From Eledone cirrhosa (Eukaryota): a DNA stretch of 64,000 nucleotides. The DNA lies in assembly GCA_964016885.1 (NCBI GenBank), contig OZ024744.1:89280001-89344000 (forward strand), given 5' to 3'. The translations under genes were made by a program, and so were the position numbers. This document shows, in pieces, positions 14,202-26,281 of this stretch. The notes under the pieces were generated by a model. That model was not told where the DNA came from, did not search any database, and saw nothing but the letters and a program-made list of their open reading frames with translations. How positions within the stretch are numbered: the first letter of the stretch is position 1; each line of letters begins with the position of its first letter.

Positions 14202-14462
14202 TCCTTTGTCAGTGTTGAACAAATGAGCAACGATGGTTGCTAGACACTGTACGGCTTAATTCGGGATGTTTGTTTACAAACACACCGAGCATTATAATAA
14301 ATGTTCGGTTAATCCATACGTACATATATATATGTGTGCATGTATGTATATATATATATATATACATAATACTGTACGTCTGTATACATATATGTATGTA
14401 CGTATACATACTTATATAAAAATATAAATTAAAGTATAAATACATACCTCTATAACTATATA

Positions 14463-14545
14463 ACACACGTACAAATCCAAAGAGATCTGTTTCACCAGTA
14501 AGTTGTTGACAGAAATGAAATAACCCATGGTTCATCAGCGTGTGT
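14463..14545 (-). ncRNA. Type I hammerhead ribozyme (family B)
   Basis: acacacg-CTGATGA-acca...tggt-GAAA-cagatc...gatttg-TA-cgtgtgt. Confidence 0.88.
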
Positions 14546-14664
14546 AAGGCTATACATTTCAGACAACACTAAGAGAATTTAAAGCGACCGTCCAGTTACA
14601 CGTGCGAGAGAGAAGTCACAGTGTGTTTAAGGGCAATGAACCAGTGTCCTCTGAGGGACGAGCT

Positions 14665-14915
14665 AACTTCCACTACTGAGCATGCTTTCTTCTCCCTGTC
14701 CCATATCATAATATATGGTCTGTTATGCCTGCATTTTATTGGGGTTTTTACTGGAACATTCCACCAGAAATCTTTCATATTATGTATATGGATATCTTCC
14801 AAATTGCTGTAGCTTTTTATGTGTTTATTATCGGAGCTATCTTTTATACGGATTGCATTGTACAGTGTTTTGGCCACTACATCATGCCTCATATACAACT
14901 GCTGATGACATGGGT
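14665..14915 (-). pseudogene. Fragment of R4/Dong-like RLE domain (paralog of 16200-16470)
   Basis: MRHDVVAKTLY...WWNVPVKTPIKCRHNRPYIMIWDREKK. Confidence 0.8.
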
Positions 14916-14957
14916 GATGTATGTATGTATGTATGTATGTATGTATGTATGTATTTA

Positions 14958-15570
14958 TGTCAGGTCACCAGTTGGTGCTACTGGTAACATGTATTCCAGT
15001 ACAACCTGTCCCATGGTCGGGTCGTTGGCGACTAAACTGGCAACCCCACCAAGGTTTCTTGGTGAGGAGGGTGACTTTGGACATCCTGCAGGACTAAAAA
15101 CAAAACCTGTCAAAAGGCAAAGGAGCTCTTAAGAGTCAATGGCCATCCAAAATCACCGGGAGAGATGACCCCTTAGCCTTTGTCAAGGCAGAATTCTAGG
15201 AGAAGGAAAACTCTGATATAACACCTGCAACCCTGATGGTATCCAATGATGTTGACTTGTTCTTCTTTTTGGTAAATATCATCTTGGTTAAGAGAGTGGG
15301 ACTGGCTTTGAGCAGTGCCTTTGCTCACTATAAAAGCTTCACGGCACAGGCATTGCTTTATATCTGGAGATCTCTCTGCACTTGTCGTCACATGGTACCA
15401 TGGGCCCAGCACTGTGTGTCAATAATTGTCACAGGTGTAGTGTTTGTACCAGAGTTTTCAAGTCGCTGGCTTGACTCAAAAGTCACACTCGTTCAGCGCA
15501 TCGGTAGGGGTTCTCCTACATGGATATAAAGTAGTGGCCATACTCGAAAACGAGTTGGCAGCCACCATGT
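14958..15570 (+). mobile_element. ~610-nt non-autonomous retroposon flanked by (TATG)n; second copy 20035-20640
   Basis: Shared 5' (gtgctactggtaacatgta.tccagtacaacctgtc..atggtcgggtcgt.ggcgactaaac) and 3' (gccatactcga.aacgag..ggcagcca.catg) ends in two copies. Confidence 0.7.
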
Positions 15571-15796
15571 ATGTATGTATGTATGTATGTATGAATGTAT
15601 ATTTTTCTGGTTTTATAATTTCACAAATTGCTTCCCAATAGAGAGAGAGTCGGTTTCTATCATAGGCACAAGACTCTCTCATTGGAATTTACACAACATT
15701 AACTAGGTAGATATGTATGTATGTCTGCATGCATACATATGTAGATATGGATGTTATTGTATGTGTGGATGTGGATGTTTTTAGTTGTATGTGTGC

Positions 15797-15897
15797 ATGT
15801 ATATATGCTTTGTATCTGTACATGTATATATGCTTTGTATCTGTACATGTATATATGCTTTGTATCTGTACATGTATATATGCTTTGTATCTGTACT
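15797..15897. repeat. 25-bp tandem repeat x4 in the LINE 3' UTR
   Basis: (catgtatatatgctttgtatctgta)4; not expanded in the paralog near 45260. Confidence 0.9.
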
Positions 15898-17919
15898 TGT
15901 ATATGCAGTTATTAGATGCAACATTTTTGGAATGTTTTACATATTTTTACTGTTCCATTAATGGATTGTACTTGTAATTTCCTAACTAGTTGATTTCTTT
16001 CTGTTCCTGTGAAGCCTAGCTTCTCAAGATTTGTATTGAAACAGTTACTAACATACCCCAGTGCCCCAATAATCACAGACATAAATCTGAAGGTGTAATC
16101 AGGATGGAGTATCTGCAGATTTCTCATCAGTTCTGCATAAACATTCTCCTTTTCGCTAATCTTTGATATTATATTGGCAACTGCTGGGCAGCTAATTTCC
16201 ACTATTGTGCATGCTTTCTTTTCCCTGTCCCATATCATAATATCTGGTCTATTATGCATGCATTTTATTGGGGTTTTTACTGGAACATTCCACCAGTACT
16301 ATTTCATATGATGTATATGTATGTGTTCCACTTTGCTGTAGCTTTTAATGTGTTTATTATCGGGGCTATCTTTTTTACGAACTGCAGTGTACAGTGTTTT
16401 GGCCACTACATCATGCCTCATAGGTAGATAGTACCGCGATGACATCTTTGGACAGCTGCTGATGACATGGGTGATATCTTCGATGTTAGTTCTACAGAGT
16501 CTGCACTTGTTATCACATCTAGGTGTTTTGCCTGCATCCCTATCTCTTTTGTGAACCATGTATTTCGTGTTAATTTCCTGTTCTTGGATTGCAAAAGCGT
16601 ATCCTTCAAAGTGGAAGCCAATATAGCGGTTGTTGGTCCTAGATAGACTACTTTCCTTATCTGTATTACTCTCACTCTGGAGCTTCCTGGCAACATATCC
16701 ATGCATGATTTTTTGCTGATAAGCATGCAGTTTTTCATCCATGGATTCACTGCGATACTGCTGAGTGACTTCTCTGGATGTGAGCTTTTGATTAGCACAC
16801 AGGGAATATCTCTCGAGGAGTTTCTTCCCAACTCTCATGATCTTATATGTTTCATGCAGATAGACTTGGTCGAGAGACGGGTTCGTAGATGTAGTCGGGG
16901 GGATATGATGCGACATTCAAATGGTGTCTGGACTGATGTTAGGCCTCTGCCTCCCTGCTTCCGTTTCAAGTAAAAGCGGTCTATGTCCCTTTTGATGTGA
17001 AAGTTTCCGGTGTTGTTTAGTATTTTTCGAGATCCAACATCAACTATTCGGATTTCGTCTATCGTCCAATTGAGTATTCCAAACGTTGGTGTTAGGACAG
17101 GCACAGCAAACACATTGTGAGCCACGGTTTTGTTTTACGCAGAGAGTTCCGATGACCAAATCTTTCTTAATCGGGTGTAGTATTCCCTGGTTACGCGTTC
17201 CTTATTACAGATACCATTATAGGATATGTTCTCATCTATCCCCAGGTATCTGTAGCAGTCCTCATCAGATATCGGTGAAACAGTTAGGCCATTGATGACA
17301 ATGTTGCTAGATTGGGTTGTTGTTTTCCCCCGCTTTACAGTCATATATGAGCAATTATCTTGGCCAAACTCCATTCCTATATCCTTTGAGAATGTTGTAA
17401 CCAGGTCAAGATTTTTTTTCATCCAATCCATGTTCTTGGCATAGAGTTTCAGATCATCCACAAAGAAATTATGAGATATTTCTGTCCTCCTGTGAGCCAA
17501 TGATATATCCTTTACATTTCTTTAGCAGAAAGGACAAGGGGTTTAATGATGAATAATATAACAGAGAGACTGTCCCCCCTGAAATATACCCCTGCGATAT
17601 TTTATTTTATCAGTGAAAATAGAGTCCTCCCTCTCTGTCTTTAACCTTAGGATAGTAACCCAAGAAGAAGACAGCTTCTCCATGGCTCTGACAATAATGT
17701 CTGGGACTTTAGAAAGTTGGAGAGCCTCTATCATCCAAGAGTGGGGAACAGAATCGAAAGCTTTCCTGTAGTCCAGCCAGACAGTAGCCACATTCCTCAT
17801 AAGTTGTCGCACCCCCGGCATTGCAGTTTTGTTGATTAGGATTTGTTCAGCACATCCCCAAACCCTTTTCTTTCCAGCTGCTTGTTCATCTGTGATGATG
17901 TTATTATTTTCACAGTAAT

Positions 17920-18106
17920 GGCGGTGGATTGGCAGTATCGGTAGAGGGTCGGACGCCATGCTTTCCAGCATAGTTACGTCCCTTTATGATCTGAGTTCAA
18001 ATCCCGCCGAGGTGACTATGCCTTTCATCCTTACGAGGTCGATAAAATAAAGTACCAGTAATGCACTGGGTAATTGCTGGCCTTGTGCCTAAAGTAGAAA
18101 CAATTA
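17920..18106 (+). mobile_element. Full-length tRNA-derived SINE inserted in the R4-like RT
   Basis: A box TGGCAGTATCGG, B box GTTCAAATCC; imperfect TSD ttatt.tca.agtaat. Confidence 0.9.
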
Positions 18107-19218
18107 TTCTCAGAGTAATCTTGGAGGAATAGGTTTAGGCAGGCTGTATACATCTTATATATCAGGTTCTGGCATGCAATGGGTCGGTAGTTTTTTGCCA
18201 AGTGAGTGTCTTTGTTCCTGGGGACCAGTAATGATTGTGCTAATGTCAACCATTCTGGTATAAGTGTATCTCCCTTAAGAACTTGTTGGTAGAGGTTAGT
18301 AAGATAACTCCGATAGAATATCAGTTTTTTGTACCAGTAGCCGACAATCATGTCTCTTCCTGGTGTTTTCTCATCTTGGAGTTTTCTTATCACTATCTCA
18401 GGGGTACCCTCACTTATTTCGTATGTTTTTGTTGTAGTGAAGGAGTAATAGTTCTTTCGGATTTCTTTTAGCCACACTGTATCTTGGTTGAAATTCTTCT
18501 TTTCACCCTATATTTTGCTCCAAAAGGAATCTGTCTTTCTGGGATGGGGCCTCAATGACACTTTTGTTCTTCATATCTCTATAGATTGATGCTTGGTTTC
18601 GTCTGAATCTTTTATTAAGCACTTTTCTCTCATCTACCTTCTTCAGGTATCGACGTTTTTCGCTAACAGCTCTCAATTCTTGTTTGAGGGTGATCAGCTT
18701 ATATTGAAGAGTTCTACTGTTACCAAACATCGTCTCTATTTTATTGTTCACTCTTTGTTGGTGAGGAGTGAGGTTTTTTCGTCTTTGTTTTCTTGTAAGG
18801 AGCATTGTCACATAACCCATGGTTTTTCGTAGGTCAGCAATCTTTTTTTCTATTTTTGTTATATATAATGGTATTTTTGGTGGTGTTCTGTTCTTGTTAA
18901 TATCTCTGCTATCACCAAGATAATACTTCACTGTCGTTGCTAAGGCATATAAACAGGCGTTGATTTGCCAAAATGTTGAGGTTTTTATCCGTCGTAAATA
19001 TTCATCCCCTATTTCGTCAATAACACGTAATATTTCATTATTTGTTTTTTTATTAAATATTGTCGTTTTAATACGTTCAGCAAGAATTGAATTAATTAAT
19101 TTCTCTCTGGAAGATTTCGTTGAGGGAAATTTTCAATTGTTTATACTTTTGATTATTATCAGTCGAGGTAGACATGGATGGTACACGTGGTGTCAAATGT
19201 CTTCGATTATTATTATTA

Positions 19219-19315
19219 TTTGCCTTTCATCCTTACGGGGTCGATAAAATAAAGTACCAGTAATGCACTGGGTAATTGCTGGCCTTGTGCCAAAAGTAGA
19301 AACAATTATTATTAT
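19219..19315 (+). mobile_element. SINE 3' fragment
   Basis: gcctttcatccttacggggtcgataaaataaagtaccag...gtagaaacaattatt. Confidence 0.85.
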
Positions 19316-20034
19316 TTCTTCGATTATTATTATTATCGATAGTGTTTTCCCCAGCATTCGAGGTAGACTTAGATGGTACACGTGGTGTCAAGTTTCTTAC
19401 AGGCATTGTTGTTTCAAGGCACTGTTCGACCTGGCTGCTAGGAAGTCTAGTAGCATGGCGATCTGTAGCACGTGTTGTTGATTCCATGTTTGTTGTGGGG
19501 GACTTATAATTATTAATATTTATCTTATTTTTACGTTCAACAAACGTCGCTTGTTAGCGTAATTGTTTCGCTGTGAAATAATTTAGTTCTGGACGCATTT
19601 CGTCCCAGTGTAGCTTCATTCTGTTCATATAGCCAATGGAGGGATTGTTTTTGCCATTTTATGATAATTAAATAAATCATCATTAAGTTCGCAACTCCAA
19701 GAGAAATGCGATTTATAATTTCGGTTTCTTCAGTAGCTACAACTGAATAAAGTTTGTTTACCTTTCTCGTTGTTTGTCTTCGGTACTTCCTTAATTTTGT
19801 TGTTGATGTTGTGCTCAGCCATGCTGTTTGTAGCAAATCCTTGTAAAATGAATTATGTATTTAGTCGGATATCGCTACGAATTTGAATAAAATGTGTCTT
19901 CAGAAGAATAACCAGTTATTCATGACTGTAGTTGTAGCATTACTGTCGGAGATAGTATTCATCTTAAATTTAATGAATAGTCTCCCACGCCAAAATATGC
20001 GACTGATCGCGTTGACTGTGTGTGTGAATGTATG

Positions 20035-20640
20035 TCGGGTCACTCTTGAGTGCTACTGGTAACATGTAATCCAGTACAACCTGTCGCATGGTCGGGTCGT
20101 CGGCGACTAAACCAGCAACCTCACCAAGTTTACTTGGTGAGGAGGAGGATTTTAGACACCCCCGGGGACATAAAACAAAAATTGACAATGGGCAGAAGTA
20201 CTCATAAGAGTCAACGAACATCCAAAAATGTGTAAATCTGTATATACATATGTATATATGTTTATACATGTTTACATATGTGAATATATGCGCGAGGACA
20301 TAGAAATAATCAGGCTGGATACCCGATCGCGCGGTTAAACCACTGGGCGTGAAAGACCGGTAGCTTTTGTCAGGGCATTCTTCTATGAGAAGGCAACTCA
20401 GGAAACTGGGATGATTCCGATATAAAACCTGCGGCTCAGTAGTAACCGATGATGTTGATCTTTTCTTCTTTTCGGGTTATAGCTACTGTCGGTCTGAGAG
20501 TGGGATTGGCTCAGTGCACAGTCTTTCCTTACTTTAAAAAATATCTTCACGCGAAGGCATTGCACGATAGAATTAACTAATTATTAATAATGTTATCTCG
20601 TGCAATAGCCATACTCGATAACGAGGGGGCAGCCATCATG
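20035..20640 (+). mobile_element. Second copy of the ~610-nt non-autonomous retroposon
   Basis: Homologous ends to 14958-15570. Confidence 0.65.
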
Positions 20641-20725
20641 TTTGTATATATGTATGTATGTATGTTTGTAAGTTAATTTCGGGAGTAGACAGCTCTGTTG
20701 ATCATATACACACGCGCGCGCGCGA

Positions 20726-20787
<62 letters not shown>

Positions 20788-20881
20788 ACACTAACTCTGA
20801 TATACACAAAACACAAAACACACATATGAATATGTATCTATATGTGTACATGTAAATATATATATATCATCAATTTATGGA

Positions 20882-20944
20882 TTTTAGCTGATGAGGGCGT
20901 ACTGAAAAAAACAGCACAGTACCTCCGAAATATATATAATAAAA
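20882..20944 (+). ncRNA. Minimal type I hammerhead
   Basis: tttta-g-CTGATGA-gggcgtactg...cagtacctcc-GAAA-t-atat-ATA-ataaaa. Confidence 0.7.
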
Positions 20945-20986
20945 CATATTTTGATTACACGAATGTCTCCAGTTATTAACATTTTG

Positions 20987-21060
<74 letters not shown>

Positions 21061-21131
21061 AAAAAGAGATGAAATCGAAAATGCAACTGGAGTCTTATTT
21101 TTTTTTTTTAAATATATATATTTATTTGGTT

Positions 21132-21169
21132 CCTTTACCGGTTTCGCAGTTCTTCTGCTTTTCAAAAGG
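21132..21169 (-). ncRNA. Degenerate minimal hammerhead
   Basis: cctt-TTGAAAA-gcag aagaa ctgc-GAAA-ccg-GTA-aagg (palindromic ACCGGT). Confidence 0.55.
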
Positions 21170-21589
21170 TGAGTTGAGATGGAGGATCTGTGGTTTTTCT
21201 CACATCTGGTTGGTCTCTGAATGTTACTTGTTTTATATGGAAAAAGTGGCTCGAAATGCCAGGTTTTTCGAGAAGTAATTTGATTGGTTTGTCAATAATT
21301 ATAATAAATTTCGCGCCAGTTCGCGTTACAATAGTTCTTCAAATAAGAGAGGGGGGGGTTGTCACAGGTTGTTTTTTCATATATGAGTGTTTGAATTTCT
21401 TTTTACTTGAAAAAAGGAGGCTCACGAAGGCTTTTTTTTTTTTTTGTAACATCCTGTTCACCCCATTGGATAATCAGGTTTTAATATGATGAAGAAGAGT
21501 TTCTTCGAGCTACTTAAAAGGAACTCAGTACACCCCATAAAGTAGTGTGGACCTTTCGGTTATTTTTTATTTTGTAAAAAAAACCTCAC

Positions 21590-21653
<64 letters not shown>

Positions 21654-21689
21654 GCACACACATATATATTTATATGTGTGTGTCTGTGC

Positions 21690-22392
21690 ACACATATGCA
21701 CACATATATATATGTACGTATGGGTTTACCGAACATTTATTATAATGCTCGGTTTGTTTGTAAACAAATTCGGGCTGTTTGTTTACAAACAAACCGAAGA
21801 TTATAATAAATGTTCGGTAAACCCATACTTACATATATATATGTGTGTGTGCATGTATGTATATACATACTACTGTACGTCTGTATAGATATATGTATGT
21901 ACGTATACATACTTATAGTTAAGTATCAGCCGTACTAAGAGTGGGAAATGAAATTTCATTTTTCCATTTATCGTTTTCGGTACGCCCGGCCGACTAACTC
22001 ACTCGATATGCAAATTAGGCTGTTCAGCCGTTAATATGCATAAGGAAAGTATACACTTTCAAACGTTCAATCAACTGACAGGAAGGAATATGGTGCTGAT
22101 GGCAGCTAATAAGCTAGAAACTAGTTCATCGTTCCTTTGTCAGTGTTGATCGAAAGGAGAACGATGATTGCCGAACACTGTACGGTTTAATTCGGGCTGT
22201 TTGTTTACAATCAAACCGAACATTATAATAAATGTTCGGTAAACCCATACGTACATATATATATGTGTGCATGTATGTATGTATATACATACTGCTGTAC
22301 GTCTGTATACATATATGTATGTACGTATACATACTTATATTTAAGTATCAGCCGTACTATGAGTGAGAAAGGAAATTTCATTTTTCCAGTTA
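21690..22392 (+). mobile_element. Family A element (>1 monomer, 5' inverted segment); HHR at 22091-22131
   Basis: Homologous to 13545-13980; tggtg-CTGATGG-cagc taataa gcta-GAAA-ctag-TT-catcg. Confidence 0.82.
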
Positions 22393-22414
22393 TATATATA
22401 TGATTACTGATAAA

Positions 22415-22532
22415 TAATTGTTTCTACTTTAGGCACAAGGCCAGCAAATTACACAGTACATTACTGGTACTTTATTTTTATCGACCCCGTAAGGATGAAA
22501 GGCAAAGTTAACCTCGGCGGGATTTGAACTGA
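22415..22532 (-). mobile_element. SINE 3' part
   Basis: Reverse complement of the SINE body and B box. Confidence 0.85.
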
Positions 22533-22559
22533 TAAATAATGATTACTGACGTCAACAAA

Positions 22560-23471
22560 TCTATCTATATATAAATTTGAGAGACTTCGGTCACACTGTA
22601 GAGATGGCTGAGGAAGGAAGGGGTGATCACGTAACACAGTAGAGATGATTGAGGAAGGAGTGATGATTGAGGAAGGGAGGGCTGATGAGGTCACGAAATA
22701 GAGATGACTGAGGAAAGAAGGGTTGATGACGTCACGAACTGGAGATGACTGAGGAAAGGAAGGGTGATCACGTAACGCAGTAGAGATGATTGAGGAAGGA
22801 AGGGTGAGACGTCACACACTAGAGATGATTGAGGAAGGAAGGGGTGACGCCGTCACACACTAGAGATGATTGAGGAAGGAAGGGTGATGACGTCACACAC
22901 TAGAGATGATTGAGGAAGGAAGGGTGAGACGTCACACACTAGAGATGATTGAGGAAGAAAGGGGTGATGACGTCACACACTAGAGATGATTGAGGAAGGA
23001 AGGGTGATGACGTCACACACTAGAGATGATTGAGGAAGGAAGGGTGAGACGTCACACACTAGAGATGATTGAGGAAGGAAGGGTGATGACGTCACACACT
23101 AGAGATGATTGAGGAAGGAAGGGTGAGACGTCACACACTAGAGATGATTGAGGAAAGAAGGGGTGACGCCGTCACACACTAGAGATGATTGAGGAAGAAA
23201 GGGGTGATGACGTCACACACTAGAGATGATTGAGGAAGGAAGGGTGATGATGTCACACACTAGAGATGATTGACGAAAGAAGGGGTGACGCCGTCACACA
23301 CTAGAGATGATTGAGGAAGAAAGGGGTGATGACGTCACACACTAGAGATGATTGAGGAAGGAAGGGTGATGATGTCACACACTAGAGATGACTGGGGAAG
23401 GAAGGGGTGATAACAAACTACAGAAAACAGCGTCTAATATTCGGGTGTCAACGTGTTGAAAAAAATTCTAG
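22560..23471 (+). mobile_element. Non-autonomous Helitron-like element with internal minisatellite
   Basis: A^TCTATCTATATATAAA 5' end; TCAAC-gt-GTTGA hairpin just upstream of CTAG^T 3' end; no TSD. Confidence 0.65.
22600..23412. repeat. ~38-41-bp minisatellite, about 20 units
   Basis: Consensus cacactagagatgattgaggaaggaagggtgatgacgtca. Confidence 0.97.
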
Positions 23472-23949
23472 TGATTAAAATAACACGTTCCAAGTGCTTA
23501 ATAATTTTAGATAACCTTACACGATGTGATGTCAAACATGGTGATCTATAGTTGTAATAAAAGTAGAAATTAAGTTAAAGATGAAGTGTTAAGATAAAAT
23601 TATGAATCCTGTTAAATTAGTCAACTTTTTCTCAGGATTACAACGCCCTGTTTAACATTCATTCAGTAGAAATATGTATCAAAGCATCACCAGAAATATA
23701 ACAAAAGAAGCTGCATCTGAGAAGAGATTAGTCCAGTTCCTTGTGTATTTTCGTTCAAATATTTTGGAGATTTACTAAACTATACATTTTTGGAAACGTT
23801 AGGGTGTATTGAACACAAAAATCAATGTTGCCATTTTTTTAGGGTTCCGAACATGGCCGTCTTAGGGCTTCAAAGTCCAAATTGTTTCTTCGTCGTACGT
23901 TTCGAATTATTTCTCTTGCGAAGAAATTCATGGTTGAAGATTTGTTATA

Positions 23950-25000
23950 AATCTAAGAAATCTACCTTTTGACTTTTTGATACTCTGTTAGACAATATTC
24001 GTGATTTTTTAAAATATTGGTGTTACGTTGCAGTTGCTAAGGAATTCAATAGCAAGAATTCTTTCTGAAGTGGTTGATTCAACATTTGGGTCTTCAGGCT
24101 CATTTTCGATCTGTTGCTGACCTAAATCCTGAAGTTTTACGAGACTTTTTTTTAACTCCTTCAAATCCTTTGACATTTAGCATTTTCTCTTTATTGGTTA
24201 ACTCAATAATGTCATTGATGACGGTTGCTTTTCTTTCTTCGTTCAGCTCTTGAATATTTTGATATTATTCACGGCATTCGTATTATGAGAGATTGTTTAT
24301 TTTTGGTAATTTTCTCCTTCAGCAACTTGTTTGAAAGTTCATCGAAAGTAGTAATCCTTGACATTAAAACTTACATGCTTTCATGCTGAGTCATGGCTTG
24401 TTGCAAGGATGTGGTGTTTGGTATGAGATAAACTGCTTCGACTTAAATACATGCCTGAGGGTTATTTGATACTCAAGTTGAAACCAGCAGTGTTATCAGG
24501 CACCAAGAATGCATTAGATTATATATAATCTTAGCAATATTTATTAACTGTGTGCAAAACTATGAGAAAAAAAGGCTATGTGAATTTCATTTTTTTTATC
24601 ACCTAGGCATTCTTATCTAATTTCCAAATCATAGGCAGGTGCACTTGTGATATCTTCCTCATTTGCCTGGCTATTTCTGACTTCATTTTTGTTGTTGTTG
24701 TTTTTTCTCTAGAGCTAAATATGAAGGATGGCATTCTGTTTCCGAAAATACTTGTTTCATCTATTTTGAACACAAGTTGGGTGTAGTTGCCACGCTTGAT
24801 TATACATTTAAAGACCCATGGAAATTTATTGGTCGCTTGGGGGTCTATCCTTGCATTTTCACGAGATATAGTGTTTTGTAGGTTATGCTGTTCTTTGAAT
24901 TTTTCAAACCAACCTCTACTTGCTTCTAACTGCCTGAAGATGTTCCATGATTTTTCATTATCAGTTGATTTAGTGGTATATTATGTTGTTTCAACATTCA
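23950..25000 (-). pseudogene. Highly decayed pogo/Tigger-type DDD transposase
   Basis: Minus-strand QLVFKIDETSIFGNRMPS (~24725-24780), AFLVPDNTAG (~24485-24515), LIPNTTSLQQAMTQ (~24388-24430), resembling Tigger VFNxDETGL, LLxDNAPGH, LPPNTTSLxQPMDQ. Confidence 0.7.
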
Positions 25001-26210
25001 CCTATATAGCAACCACGGCTTCCATTTTTTCCAAATATATTCTTCTTGAGTATGTCACCTCCACCTTTGCTGATAACAATAAAGTAGTCATGATAGAAAC
25101 TATAAATTTGTCAAGATTTTTCCATAGTTTAAAAACTTACCCACATACGCGTAGTGTTTATTAGTTTCCAATAGCATTAACATTTTGAGACAGCCGTTAG
25201 GGGTTTTCTGTATGAACATCCTGTTATTTTTTCTATTCAAAAAGTATATGAGTAGCTGATCTTAACGGAACATCTACAGAGATTTTTTTATATAAGTGCA
25301 GCAGCCAAATATCTCTCAAACTACTCCCGCGCTACCATCTTAAATAATGGGTTTGTGTATACAGTGTGTCTGGGGGCCCTTTGTTCTCTGGCCTACGAAA
25401 TCCCTGTCGTCAATCTGTGTCGACCCTTGAACAATATCGATGATGTGAAGTGTAGGGACTTACATACATGAACAACTGTTTGTCTTTCACAAATAGCTTT
25501 ATGCTTGAAAGGAACTTCTTAGGTGTAGTTCCATGGCTTCGTGGGACATACGAAGCCTTCGGATATATATATATATTCGTTTTTTTACTTGGACTACCTT
25601 TTATTTTCTGTATCTATCCTTTGTGATCCTGTCTCTAATTTTGTACTCCTGAAGAAGGGGATTGATTAATTATTTATATTTGTTTAATAACGCCTGGTCG
25701 AGTGCTTCTCATTCGGTTTTTGCAGAAAACAGACTTCCCTTGTTCACATTTTGAATTTGCCCGCCAATAACCCGGGGTTATTTCCCTTGTTGGGAAAACG
25801 CACGTGGTAGTTGAGGCATTAGCCACTACTAACAACTACTTCATACCACACCGGGTCAAGGCACAGAACGGAAACCTGTTGATAACATGAATCCTCAGTT
25901 CGGTCTTCAAACACCCAAAACTTGCATACGTGCGCAAGTAGGATTGTTGATTTTGGATTCATAGAAACCTTTCGGAAAAACGACGATCTGCCTCCGAGAT
26001 GGTTCGGGTTTGTTTTATTAACCTGTTGGTTTTTTCGTTGCTTCGGTGTCGTGGTTAGGCTTGCCTGCCACAGTTTTCAATTTGTCATGCCGTCTAACGA
26101 ATGTTATTACTCTGAGATTCCTCATGGAGTGCTTGGCTGCATAATTCCTGATTGTATTTTGTTCGTTAGCTTGGCTACAGCCGAAGCTTCGATTTTACTA
26201 AACTTCCGTT

Positions 26211-26281
<71 letters not shown>

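Larger units (their letters stand above)
13330..14415 (+). mobile_element. HHR-bearing 435-nt tandem dimer (family A, retrozyme-like) with a short 5' inverted segment
   Basis: Two direct units ~13545-13980 and ~13980-14415; inverted copy of the unit end at 13330-13445; one HHR per unit. Confidence 0.88.
15600..19900 (-). mobile_element. R4/Dong-like non-LTR retrotransposon (RT + CCHC + RLE), decayed, with SINE insertions
   Basis: NYRPIACQN, WLDYRKAFDSVPHSW, RRGIFQG, FFVDDLKLY, YRYLG, CRLC..IEDITHVISSC, HNRPDIMIWD..IVEISCP; 3' UTR ends in (TACA)n. Confidence 0.9.

Noticed and set aside
17920-18010. tRNA gene (A and B boxes)
   Set aside because: No cloverleaf; it is the head of a SINE present about ten times in the window
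21487-21512. TGATGA-hairpin resembling an HHR
   Set aside because: Lacks the core C, the GAAA and stems I and III
22600-23412. CRISPR-like regular array
   Set aside because: Units are contiguous near-identical repeats with no unique spacers; no cas genes; eukaryotic context
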